A stretch of DNA of 64,000 bases from an uncultured candidate division Zixibacteria bacterium (lineage in GTDB: Bacteria > Zixibacteria > MSB-5A5 > GN15 > FEB-12), in the NCBI GenBank assembly GCA_963806185.1, contig CAWDXE010000001.1, forward strand, positions 1,024,001 to 1,088,000, read 5' to 3'. Position 1 is the stretch's first letter. Every line of letters starts with the position of its first letter. The position numbers and the translations under genes are program-made. The notes under the pieces were generated by a model. It was given only the letters and a program-made list of their open reading frames with translations. It made no database searches and was not told the DNA's origin. Shown piece by piece: positions 1-8,157 of this stretch.

Positions 1-1246
1 TGGTGGGGGCCTGCGCCGTAAATTCGGCCCGTGTATTCAGGTAGGTCACCCGTCCCGATATGAGCGGGACAATGCCGCAGACCGACTGCGATCCCGGCGA
101 GGCCGCCGTGAGATTCGTTTGGAAGGCAGCATAGGTGTAGAACTTATTCGGGTCGGCCAGTACGTACGCATCAACCAGACTCTGTAATTCCGCGCCGCGC
201 GTCTGATACCAGCCGTTGGAGAAATTCTCTTCCATCATCGTCTTCATGTGAGCGAAATACATCTTCTTCCAGGAAGCATTGGTGAGAATCTTGGTGATGA
301 TCGGGTACTTGGCATTGGAAACATTGGTCAACGGATTCAACTGCTGCATCCCGGACAACGTCAGATTGCCTGACCCAATCAACTGGGTGAAGCCGCCGAA
401 ATTCATATTGAGATCCTAGATGATCGGATTGAACCGCTTGTCGTCATTGCGATACAAATAGTAATTGTGGTTCATGCTAATCGGGGCATCGAGATTCACC
501 AGAAGAAAGTCATACGCCAGCATCCAGAGGTGCCGGTCGATGTCGAGTACTTTCGAAACGGCCGTGGAATAATTATTCAACGTGTCGAGAAAGTCGATCA
601 GATCGGCCCAGCCCTCATCGGAGTCCAGTTCGTAAAGCATGCTGTAGTTGGCCGAATCCACTCCGAGATACCCCCAGACGGCATAGGTACTCGACAAGCC
701 GTCATATGCCCCTTTAAAGCAGGCGTTCTCGTCGTTGCCAAAGTGCGTTCGCAGGAAAAGCTTGTCGATATCCTGCACGCTGACATAAAAGCCGATCAGC
801 GTGCCGTTGACATAGACATTGGTATAATTGGCCAAACAGGCCGGCATGTATTTGCGTGCTATTTCGTAGCCAAGTACCTCACGAACAAAACTCGGATCAC
901 TCCAGACATTGGCCAGCTTCAGTGTCCCATATCCTTCGATCTCCTGGTTGTCGATGATGTAGTCGAGCTTGATGTTGAACGGGTTCTTTACCTGGTTTGC
1001 CCGATAGGTGCTGTTCCCCTTATACCGGACGCCGACACTGTCATACTGTACACCATCGATAATAACCGTGCCAAGCAGGCGTTCGTCCAGCTCACGAGCG
1101 AACAGGCTGTCGAGAATGGCGTCCCAGTTGGACTGGGTAAATATCAATTGGATCGTATGAATATTGGTTGGATCGTAGAATCCCTGACCGGCAGCGGACT
1201 GGGCCAGTAGCCCGAACACGATGATGGCTAGTACAAGTTGCTTCAT
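1..1246 (-). pseudogene. CotH-kinase-family secreted protein, interrupted by an in-frame TAG at 416-418; runs off the window edge
   Basis: Signal peptide MKQLVLAIIVFGLLAQSAAG (ATG 1246); CotH motifs VGVRYKGNST, KNPFNIKLD, DPSFVREVLGY, NYYLY. After PII-TAG the same frame continues open (DLNMNFGGF...) to position 1, and the TAG sits where the Trp of the WDLN motif is expected. Confidence 0.8.
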
Positions 1247-1379
1247 GGGCGGACCCTCGTGGCTGGAATGTTGCTGGTACCTGGCGATAACGCACAAGTC
1301 CACCTATAGATTAATCGGAATCAGCCGATTTCGGGCGAGGTTCATGTAACAATTTGTATATCCCTCACGCTGAAATTGA

Positions 1380-1748
1380 TCAAATACGCTCCAGATCGTC
1401 TGGCTCGATCGTGAAGTCATGCTGCACGTTGCCGGTATTGCGGGTTGTTGCCGGTTCGAACAACAGAACTTCTGCGACTCCCGTCGCTGACGGCTTATGC
1501 TCCAGGCCGCGTGGCACGATACAGAATTCTCCCGGCCCCAATGAAACCACACAGTCGCGCAAATGGATCTCCATCCGGCCGGAGATCACCAGGAACAGCT
1601 CATCTTCATTCGCGTGGTGGTGCCAGACATATTCTCCTTGAAATTTGACCACTTTCACATATTGACCGTTAAGCTCGCCGACAATCTTCGGCGACCAGTG
1701 TTCCTGAAACGATTCAAGCTTTTCGTTGAGATTGACCTTCGTGAGCAT
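1380..1748 (-). CDS. Cupin domain protein
   Basis: EYVWHHHANEDELFLV and PRGLEHKP cupin metal motifs; ATG 1748 preceded by AAGGAG. Confidence 0.9.
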   Translation of the reverse strand: MLTKVNLNEKLESFQEHWSPKIVGELNGQYVKVVKFQGEYVWHHHANEDELFLVISGRMEIHLRDCVVSLGPGEFCIVPRGLEHKPSATGVAEVLLFEPATTRNTGNVQHDFTIEPDDLERI

Positions 1749-1875
1749 CGCGCCTTCTCCTTGCCGGCCAAGTGTTCCGGTTACCTGTGGGGGAATGACC
1801 TCCGGAGCGCAATATACGCCAGAGCCGACCGAAAAGTTGCCAGAGGAGGCCAAGATTGGTTTCATCGGGTCGAGA

Positions 1876-1904
1876 TTGACAACCGGATCGCCGATACCTA
1901 TATA
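1876..1904 (+). promoter_or_regulatory. Sigma70-type promoter for the amrB-amrA fusion
   Basis: TTGACA-17 bp-TATATA. Confidence 0.55.
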
Positions 1905-1918
1905 CGTCTGGCAAACTA

Positions 1919-1948
1919 GTAGGTCAGGAGCCTTGTGCTCCTGACAGC
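1919..1948 (+). repeat. GTAG-tagged REP-like palindrome
   Basis: GTAG-GTCAGGAGC-cttgt-GCTCCTGAC-AGC; same termini as the element at 54860-54903. Confidence 0.6.
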
Positions 1949-3397
1949 ATGTCCCGCAAGGAGTGTTCTTTGGAAATCAGAAAGCCGGCAGTCGCAGGGA
2001 TGTTCTATCCCGGTAATGCGGTCGAATTGACAAAATCGATCGCCTTGTTGTATTCAGAGGTCGACAAGGTCGCACTCTCCGGCCGTCCTATGGCTATCAT
2101 TGCCCCCCATGCAGGGTACCCCTACTCGGGACGGATCGCCGCCAAAGCCTACAAGCTGCTTGAGGGTGAGGAGTATGACAATGTTGTTATCGTCTCTCCC
2201 TCCCACACGGTTTTCTTCCAGGGTGCGTCGGTGTACGGCGGCGACGGTTATCAGACGCCCCTCGGTGTCGTCGAGATCAATCAGGACCTCTCACACAAAA
2301 TGGCAAATATCCATCCCTCGGTCTACCTCTCCAATATGGGGCACGCGACCGGCGGCAGCCGAGGCGAGCACTCTCTCGAAGTTCATCTTCCCTTTCTCCA
2401 GATTGTGCTGGGCACCAAATTCAAGCTCGTGGCCATCGTCATGGGGGACCAGGAGCCGGAATCGGTAAGTGCCGTCGCCGAGGTGCTGGCTTCAACGCTG
2501 AAAGGAACGAACACCCTTCTCGTTGCCTCGACCGACCTTTCCCATTTTCATCCGGAAAAAGTTGCCCGCAAACTGGACTACGCCGTTCAGGCGGCGATAG
2601 AGAAATATGATTCGGACCTGCTTCGCGAAACACTCGAATCCGGCCAGGGCGAAGCCTGCGGCGGCGGTCCGGTGGCAGCGGTCATGCAGGCAACCAAACG
2701 CCTCGGTGGCAGTGAGGTGCGTTTCCTCGATTACAATACATCGGGCGCTACGACCGGCCAGTTTGATGAGGTGGTGGGGTATCTTTCCGCGGCTATCATC
2801 GGCGGAAGCAAAGTCCGTATCGCGCCCAAAGCGGAAATCGGCGCGCATCCGGCTAAACCGACAGGCGACGATTTTACTGATGATGACAAGCAGCTCTTGA
2901 AGAAGATCGCCAACGATGCCATAGTGCATCAATTGGAGAATCGTCGCTATACCCCGCCGGTCAGAGATCAGCTGGAGATCCGTCGGGGTGTTTTCGTAAC
3001 GATATACGTCGGGGACGAGTTGAACGGCTGCATGGGTCAGGTGCGCGGTCGCGACCCGCTCAATCAGTCAGTGGCCGAATTGGCCGTCGCGGCGGCCTTC
3101 GAGGATCCCCGCTTTGAGCCGTTGACGATGGCCGATCTGCCGGCTATGAAGATTGAGATATCCCTGCTCTCGCGTCTGGAACGGGTGAAGGATTTCAGAG
3201 ATATTGTCGTCGGCCGCGACGGCCTGATGATTCGCCTCGACATGCACTCGGGCCTTCTGTTGCCCAAAGTCGCCACCGAGCACAAGTGGAACGCAACTAC
3301 GTTTCTCGAACAAGTTTGCCTCAAGGCCGGTCTCCCCAAGAACGCCTACAAGGACAAGCTTGCCGAAATCTATAAGTTCTCTGCCGACGTTTTTTAA
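1949..3397 (+). CDS. amrB: AmmeMemoRadiSam system protein B (MEMO1 family) fused to protein A (AMMECR1 family)
   Basis: N-terminal RKPAVAGMFYP, PHAGYPYSG, EHSLEVHLPFLQ, STDLSHF and ACGGGP; C-terminal GVFVT..GCMG, AAFEDPRF, GLLLP.VA and CLKAGL. True start may be TTG 1970. Confidence 0.9.
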   Translation: MSRKECSLEIRKPAVAGMFYPGNAVELTKSIALLYSEVDKVALSGRPMAIIAPHAGYPYSGRIAAKAYKLLEGEEYDNVVIVSPSHTVFFQGASVYGGDGYQTPLGVVEINQDLSHKMANIHPSVYLSNMGHATGGSRGEHSLEVHLPFLQIVLGTKFKLVAIVMGDQEPESVSAVAEVLASTLKGTNTLLVASTDLSHFHPEKVARKLDYAVQAAIEKYDSDLLRETLESGQGEACGGGPVAAVMQATKRLGGSEVRFLDYNTSGATTGQFDEVVGYLSAAIIGGSKVRIAPKAEIGAHPAKPTGDDFTDDDKQLLKKIANDAIVHQLENRRYTPPVRDQLEIRRGVFVTIYVGDELNGCMGQVRGRDPLNQSVAELAVAAAFEDPRFEPLTMADLPAMKIEISLLSRLERVKDFRDIVVGRDGLMIRLDMHSGLLLPKVATEHKWNATTFLEQVCLKAGLPKNAYKDKLAEIYKFSADVF

Positions 3398-3401
3398 AAT
3401 G

Positions 3402-3434
3402 AAACGGCCGGTGCGCATCGCACGCACCGGCCGC
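3402..3434. terminator. Hairpin between convergent genes, probable terminator
   Basis: CGGCCGGTGCG...CGCACCGGCCG inverted repeat preceded by an A-rich tract. Confidence 0.6.
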
Positions 3435-3459
3435 TCGCTACTTTCTTCAAACTGACCTA

Positions 3460-4632
3460 CTACCCCTTGCGCACCATCGGGCGAATCTTCTGGAACGCGT
3501 TTCGCAAATCGATGAGCAAATCATCGATGTGCTCTATCCCCACCGATAGCCGCACCAGTCCGTCGCCGACCCCGTTGGCTTCGCGTACTTCTTTGGGAAT
3601 TGACGCGTGCGTCATCGACGCCGGGTGATTGATCAATGATTCCACTCCTCCCAGCGATTCGGCCAGCACGAAGACCTCGGTCGCCGTGGCGAATGCCTTC
3701 ACGGTTTCGAAATCCGCCTTGAGGTCAAACGAGAGCATCCCACCCGGCATCGTCATTTTGTTCGGGATCGCCTTGTTGTCGACCCCCGGATAATAAATCC
3801 GCTCGACCATATCGACGGTTTCGAGGTATTCGACTACCTTCATGGCATTGAAAGAGTGCCGCTCCATCCGAAGGTGCAGCGTCTTCAGTCCGCGCAGCAC
3901 CAGCCACGATTCAAACGGCCCGAGGTGGCCGCCCACCGCGTACTGATTGAAACGCACGCGTTCAGCCAATTCGTTGTCCTTCACAATGAGCGCGCCGGCG
4001 ATGACATCACAATGACCGCCCAGGTATTTGGACATCGAGTGATGCACGATATCGGCGCCCAGATCGAGCGGTCGCTGGATGTAGGGGGTGGCAAACGTAT
4101 TGTCGACGGCGACCAGAATATTGCGCGGCTTGGCGATCTGCGCGACCGCCTCAATGTCAATGAGCTGTAAGAGCGGATTCGTCGGCGTCTCGAGCCAGTA
4201 CAGACGCGTGTTCGGCTTGCTTGCCTTGGCAAAATTGGCCGCGTCGCGCCCGTCGATATAGCTGAAATCGAGTCCGAAATTGCGCATCAGCCGCTCAAAC
4301 AGACGGCGCGTGCCGCCGTACAGATCGCTCACCGCTACCACGTGATCGCCGGCTTTGAGCAGATGGAGCACGGCCGTCAGGGCTGACAGCCCGGATGAAA
4401 ACGCGTAACCGTGAGTTCCGTTCTCCAGAGAGGCCAGGGCCTCTTCCAGCGCTTTGCGAGTGGGGTTCGACCAGCGCGAATAGACATAGCCAGACTCGTC
4501 CCCCGGGTAGGCTACCCGATAAGTTGAACTGGGGAAGATGGGCGTGGTCACACTGCCGGTCATATCTTCAGGAACCCGTCCGGCATGAATCGCGCGGGTC
4601 TCGAATCGACGCTTCTGCATTTTATCGTCCAT
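3460..4632 (-). CDS. Cystathionine gamma-lyase/gamma-synthase family PLP enzyme
   Basis: YSRWSNPTR, ETPTNP, VDNTFATP, HSMSKYLGGH (PLP Lys), AESLGGVESL and RLSVGIE; SD GAGGT before ATG 4632. Confidence 0.92.
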   Translation of the reverse strand: MDDKMQKRRFETRAIHAGRVPEDMTGSVTTPIFPSSTYRVAYPGDESGYVYSRWSNPTRKALEEALASLENGTHGYAFSSGLSALTAVLHLLKAGDHVVAVSDLYGGTRRLFERLMRNFGLDFSYIDGRDAANFAKASKPNTRLYWLETPTNPLLQLIDIEAVAQIAKPRNILVAVDNTFATPYIQRPLDLGADIVHHSMSKYLGGHCDVIAGALIVKDNELAERVRFNQYAVGGHLGPFESWLVLRGLKTLHLRMERHSFNAMKVVEYLETVDMVERIYYPGVDNKAIPNKMTMPGGMLSFDLKADFETVKAFATATEVFVLAESLGGVESLINHPASMTHASIPKEVREANGVGDGLVRLSVGIEHIDDLLIDLRNAFQKIRPMVRKG

Positions 4633-4640
4633 ATTACCTC

Positions 4641-5657
4641 TTACAAAAATCCTTTCTCTCGCATCCACTCGTCATTGAACATCTTACTGATGTACTTTGC
4701 TCCGCTGTCGGGCAATATGACGACCACTATCTTGTCTTCGCCCAGATTCGCCTCTTTGGCATACGTGAGCGCCACGTGCACTGCCGCACCCGACGATCCT
4801 CCGGCCAACAATCCCTCTTTCCGGGCCAACTCCCGGCCGGCCACGAAACACTCCTTGTCGGTCACTTGATATACTTTGTCGATCACCGAAAAATCCATGG
4901 TGGGACAAAGCATGTCCTCGCCGATCCCCTCGACAAAGTAGGTGTTAGGTTCGATCATCGACTTGTCTTTGTGGTAATTGAAATAGACCGACCCGATCGG
5001 ATCGGCGGCCACCGAATAGATCTTGCTGTTCTGCTCTTTGAGATACTTGGCCACACCCGACATGGTACCGCCGGTGCCAATACCGCCGACTATGACATCC
5101 AGTCGCCCGTCGGTCTGTTGCCAGATTTCGGGGCCGGTCAGGCGATAGTGGGCCAGTATGTTGTCCAGGTTGAAGTACTGTCCAATCCAGAACGAATTTG
5201 GCGTCTCGCGGGCAATCCGCTTTCCGGTCTCGTAGTAACTTTCCGGCGATTCCGCCGGTACGGCCGTGGGACAGATGTGAACGGCCGCCCCAAATGCCTT
5301 CATGGCGTCGACTTTCTCCTTGGACATCTTGTCCGGAATGGTCAGGATCGCCTTGTACCCGTTGACCGCCGCAAACATCGCCACAGCCGCGCCGGTGTTG
5401 CCGGACGTCGCTTCGACAATGGTTCCTCCCGGCTTCAGCTCCCCTTTGCGGACCGCCTCGGCAAGGATGAAGTTCACCATCCGATCCTTGATTGACCCAG
5501 TCGGGTTCAGGAATTCCGGTTTCACCAGGACGGTGGCCCGGACCCCGTGGTCGCGGCACATTCGACTGATACGCACCAGCGGCGTATTGCCGACTGCCTC
5601 GGTTATGTTGTTGACCCAAAATTGCTTAGGTTGATTCAAGCGGTGCATCCCTCTCAT
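4641..5657 (-). CDS. Cystathionine beta-synthase / cysteine synthase family protein (no heme or CBS domains)
   Basis: GNTPLV, NPTGSIKDR (PLP Lys), EATSGNTG, PDKMSKEK, GTGGT and PDSGAKYISK. Confidence 0.9.
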   Translation of the reverse strand: MRGMHRLNQPKQFWVNNITEAVGNTPLVRISRMCRDHGVRATVLVKPEFLNPTGSIKDRMVNFILAEAVRKGELKPGGTIVEATSGNTGAAVAMFAAVNGYKAILTIPDKMSKEKVDAMKAFGAAVHICPTAVPAESPESYYETGKRIARETPNSFWIGQYFNLDNILAHYRLTGPEIWQQTDGRLDVIVGGIGTGGTMSGVAKYLKEQNSKIYSVAADPIGSVYFNYHKDKSMIEPNTYFVEGIGEDMLCPTMDFSVIDKVYQVTDKECFVAGRELARKEGLLAGGSSGAAVHVALTYAKEANLGEDKIVVVILPDSGAKYISKMFNDEWMREKGFL

Positions 5658-5930
5658 CGCGGACCCGTGGGCCCCGTTATTATTCTCTCTTTAACGTCTA
5701 TCGGCAGATGCCGGTTCGCCTCCAACTGCTCGTCACCCTCCTTACCTCCAATATTCGGGCGCGCCATCGGCGATGATTACCACCGGACCAATCGCCACGT
5801 CTGCTTCCGAATTTGTGCCAAGCTACGGCTTGAACAGTACTTGTCAAGCCGGCGCCACAAGCCGCCGGCGACCCGGAACCCGGGAGTATTCCGGAGTATA
5901 ATGTCAGGAACGAATGGCCGAAAAAAATGT

Positions 5931-5959
5931 TTGACATCGTCGGTAGGCGCGGTTACTAT
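5931..5959 (+). promoter_or_regulatory. Sigma70-type promoter for the small Zn-finger gene
   Basis: TTGACA-17 bp-TACTAT. Confidence 0.7.
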
Positions 5960-6068
5960 TGTCCGCCGATTGACGCCCTCCATAGATGACAGCTCCCAGG
6001 GGGACGACTCGCAAGGCCATAGCAACGGCAGTTACGAGAAACCGAAACGAGACATGAGGAACTGACCG

Positions 6069-6236
6069 ATGTACTGCGCGCAGTGCAGTGAGAAAATTTT
6101 GGGCAAACCGATCAAGCAGGGTGCGGATTTCTACTGTTCGCTCGAATGCGCCAACCTCGCCTCCGGTATCGAACCGGCTGATGACGAGGAGTATTTCGAG
6201 GAAGAAATCGACGAGCTGTACGAAGAAGACGAGTAA
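6069..6236 (+). CDS. 55-aa treble-clef (TRASH/FCS-like) zinc-finger protein with acidic tail; absent from the ORF track
   Basis: MYCAQCSEKILGKPIKQGADFYCSLECANLASGIEPADDEEYFEEEIDELYEEDE; SD GAGGA; upstream promoter. Confidence 0.8.
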   Translation: MYCAQCSEKILGKPIKQGADFYCSLECANLASGIEPADDEEYFEEEIDELYEEDE

Positions 6237-6262
6237 CCCTCGCCCTCCGTCGTCGGCTTCAA

Positions 6263-6739
6263 CTACTCTCGCGTGATCTTCAGAATCTCGTACTGCAGCT
6301 TGCCTGCCGGTACGGTGATGGTCACCTGCTCGCCGACCGCCTTGCCCAATAACCCTTGCCCAATCGGCGACTTCACCGAAATCATATCCTTGTCGACGTC
6401 GGCTTCATCAGCCGGCACAATCGTATACCAGAGTTCTTCGTTGTCGCGAAGGTCTTTCACGAGCACTTTCGCGAACAGATAGACCTTGTCGCCCGGAATC
6501 TTATCGATATCCAGGGACATAACCCGGGAAAGCTTGTCTTCGAGTTCGGCAATACGCCGTTCGAGATGAACCTGGGCCTCTTTGGCGGCATGATATTCGG
6601 CATTTTCCGACAAGTCGCCCAGTTCCTTGGCCCGCTTGATCTCAGCAACCAGTTTGGGGCGGTCGTCATACTTGAGCTTCTTTAGGTCCGCCTCCATCTT
6701 CAGTCGCCCGTCCCGGGATAAATAAATCGGTTCACTCAT
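6263..6739 (-). CDS. greA: Transcription elongation factor GreA
   Basis: GDLSENAEYHAAKE and ISVKSPIGQGLLGK. Confidence 0.97.
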   Translation of the reverse strand: MSEPIYLSRDGRLKMEADLKKLKYDDRPKLVAEIKRAKELGDLSENAEYHAAKEAQVHLERRIAELEDKLSRVMSLDIDKIPGDKVYLFAKVLVKDLRDNEELWYTIVPADEADVDKDMISVKSPIGQGLLGKAVGEQVTITVPAGKLQYEILKITRE

Positions 6740-6746
6740 GGCCGGT

Positions 6747-6775
6747 AATATACGCCATCCGGCAGCCTATGGCAA
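6747..6775 (-). promoter_or_regulatory. Sigma70-type promoter giving a probably leaderless greA mRNA
   Basis: Minus strand TTGCCA-17-TATATT, then 7 nt, then ATG; no SD. Confidence 0.6.
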
Positions 6776-6777
6776 GA

Positions 6778-8151
6778 TTAAGCCCGGCGACGTGCCAACG
6801 CCCCATAACTTATCAGCGAGATCGCCAGCCCGGGGAAGATCGGCTGCAAGCCCAGCCAAAAATCGTCTGTGCCGGTCCAATTTTTCGAAAGATACCAGAC
6901 CAGCGAAATCCCCCCGGCCACGAGAATCGTCGCGAACGCTCCATTGCCGGAAAAGCGCCGCCGGCCCGTGAATGAGAACAGCACCGGTACCAGCAGGGCC
7001 GGAGTCCCAATTGATCCAAACGCATACCAGATGTCCACCACGGATCGGAAGACAAGTACAAACGACACGGCCACTGCCGCCGACACCAGCAGACCAACTC
7101 GCGTCCAGTACAGCACGTTCTTTTTCGCTCCGGCCGATAGCCGCGCCATGATATCGTTGCCGAAGGTTGACGCGGATATGAAGAAATACGAATCCACCGT
7201 CGACTGTACCGTCGAGAACATCGCCAGCGCAAACAGTCCCATAACGCCCACCGGAAGAATTTTCAGCGCCAGCATGGGAAACGACGATACCGGATCGGCC
7301 AAATCGGGCAGAAGCGCCCGCGCATAGAGTCCGCAGCTGGTTGTCATGAAATCAAAAATGGCCCAGCACGCGATTGACACGATAATCCCCCAGCGCGCCG
7401 TCCGGGCCGTCTTGGCAGCATAGCATCGCTGAAAGAATGCCGGCTCCACGAGTGTCGCCAGCGCGATCACGTACCAGGTAGCAATATACCACCCCGACTG
7501 CCCCCCATGCCAGGTGAGATGCGATTCCGGCACCCGTGGCGCGATATACGCCAGCCCGCCATACTTAATGACCAGGAAAACCAACAACACCGCAAATCCG
7601 AGAAACATGAACACCGTCTGGAAAATGTCGGTACGGACGACCGAACCGAACCCCCCAAGAAATAAGTAGAGAATTGAAAACAAACTGAAGAATACGACGC
7701 TCATCCAGAACGACCAGCCGAAAATCTGCTCGCAAAGAATGCCCATCGACAAAACATACGCTCCCGGCACAGTCATCAGATAGATGATTATCCCTCCTAA
7801 TACCGCTGTCTTGTTGTCGTACGCGCTTGCCAGCCGTTCCGGGATTGTGACCGCCTCCGACTGCCGTGCCTTCTTCGCCAGCAGCATGGCAAAGAGAAAG
7901 GCCGCCACATAGTACGGCAGACCGAACACCAGCCAGTTCGATAGACCGTAGCGATAGCTGTACTCCCCTACGCCGAGAATACCGCCGTACCACGTGGAGA
8001 CCAGACTGGCAACGAACGCCGGAAGCGTCAGCATCCGCCCGCCGACAATCAACTCGGCCGTCGATGTCGTATCCTTCAGCTTGCGCGCGAACCCCAGCCA
8101 GAGGATCGCCACGCAATACAGAATAATCAGACTGTAGTCAATCAGATGCAT
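6778..8151 (-). CDS. Sodium:solute symporter family protein, probable thiamine or precursor transporter
   Basis: About 13 hydrophobic segments; SLVSTWYGG, VVRTDIFQ, FFQRCYAAK and STVDS; lies in a TPP-riboswitch operon. Confidence 0.85.
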   Translation of the reverse strand: MHLIDYSLIILYCVAILWLGFARKLKDTTSTAELIVGGRMLTLPAFVASLVSTWYGGILGVGEYSYRYGLSNWLVFGLPYYVAAFLFAMLLAKKARQSEAVTIPERLASAYDNKTAVLGGIIIYLMTVPGAYVLSMGILCEQIFGWSFWMSVVFFSLFSILYLFLGGFGSVVRTDIFQTVFMFLGFAVLLVFLVIKYGGLAYIAPRVPESHLTWHGGQSGWYIATWYVIALATLVEPAFFQRCYAAKTARTARWGIIVSIACWAIFDFMTTSCGLYARALLPDLADPVSSFPMLALKILPVGVMGLFALAMFSTVQSTVDSYFFISASTFGNDIMARLSAGAKKNVLYWTRVGLLVSAAVAVSFVLVFRSVVDIWYAFGSIGTPALLVPVLFSFTGRRRFSGNGAFATILVAGGISLVWYLSKNWTGTDDFWLGLQPIFPGLAISLISYGALARRRA

Positions 8152-8157
8152 GGCACC

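Noticed and set aside
416..418. Genome-wide TAG recoding or pyrrolysine
   Set aside because: TAG ends well-defined genes here (yidC, rnpA, greA); the site is a conserved Trp, one substitution from TGG.
5660..5830. SAM riboswitch upstream of the CBS-CGL operon
   Set aside because: No SAM-I hallmarks (AUCnAGAG, GCAACC, GUGC) recognised on the minus strand.
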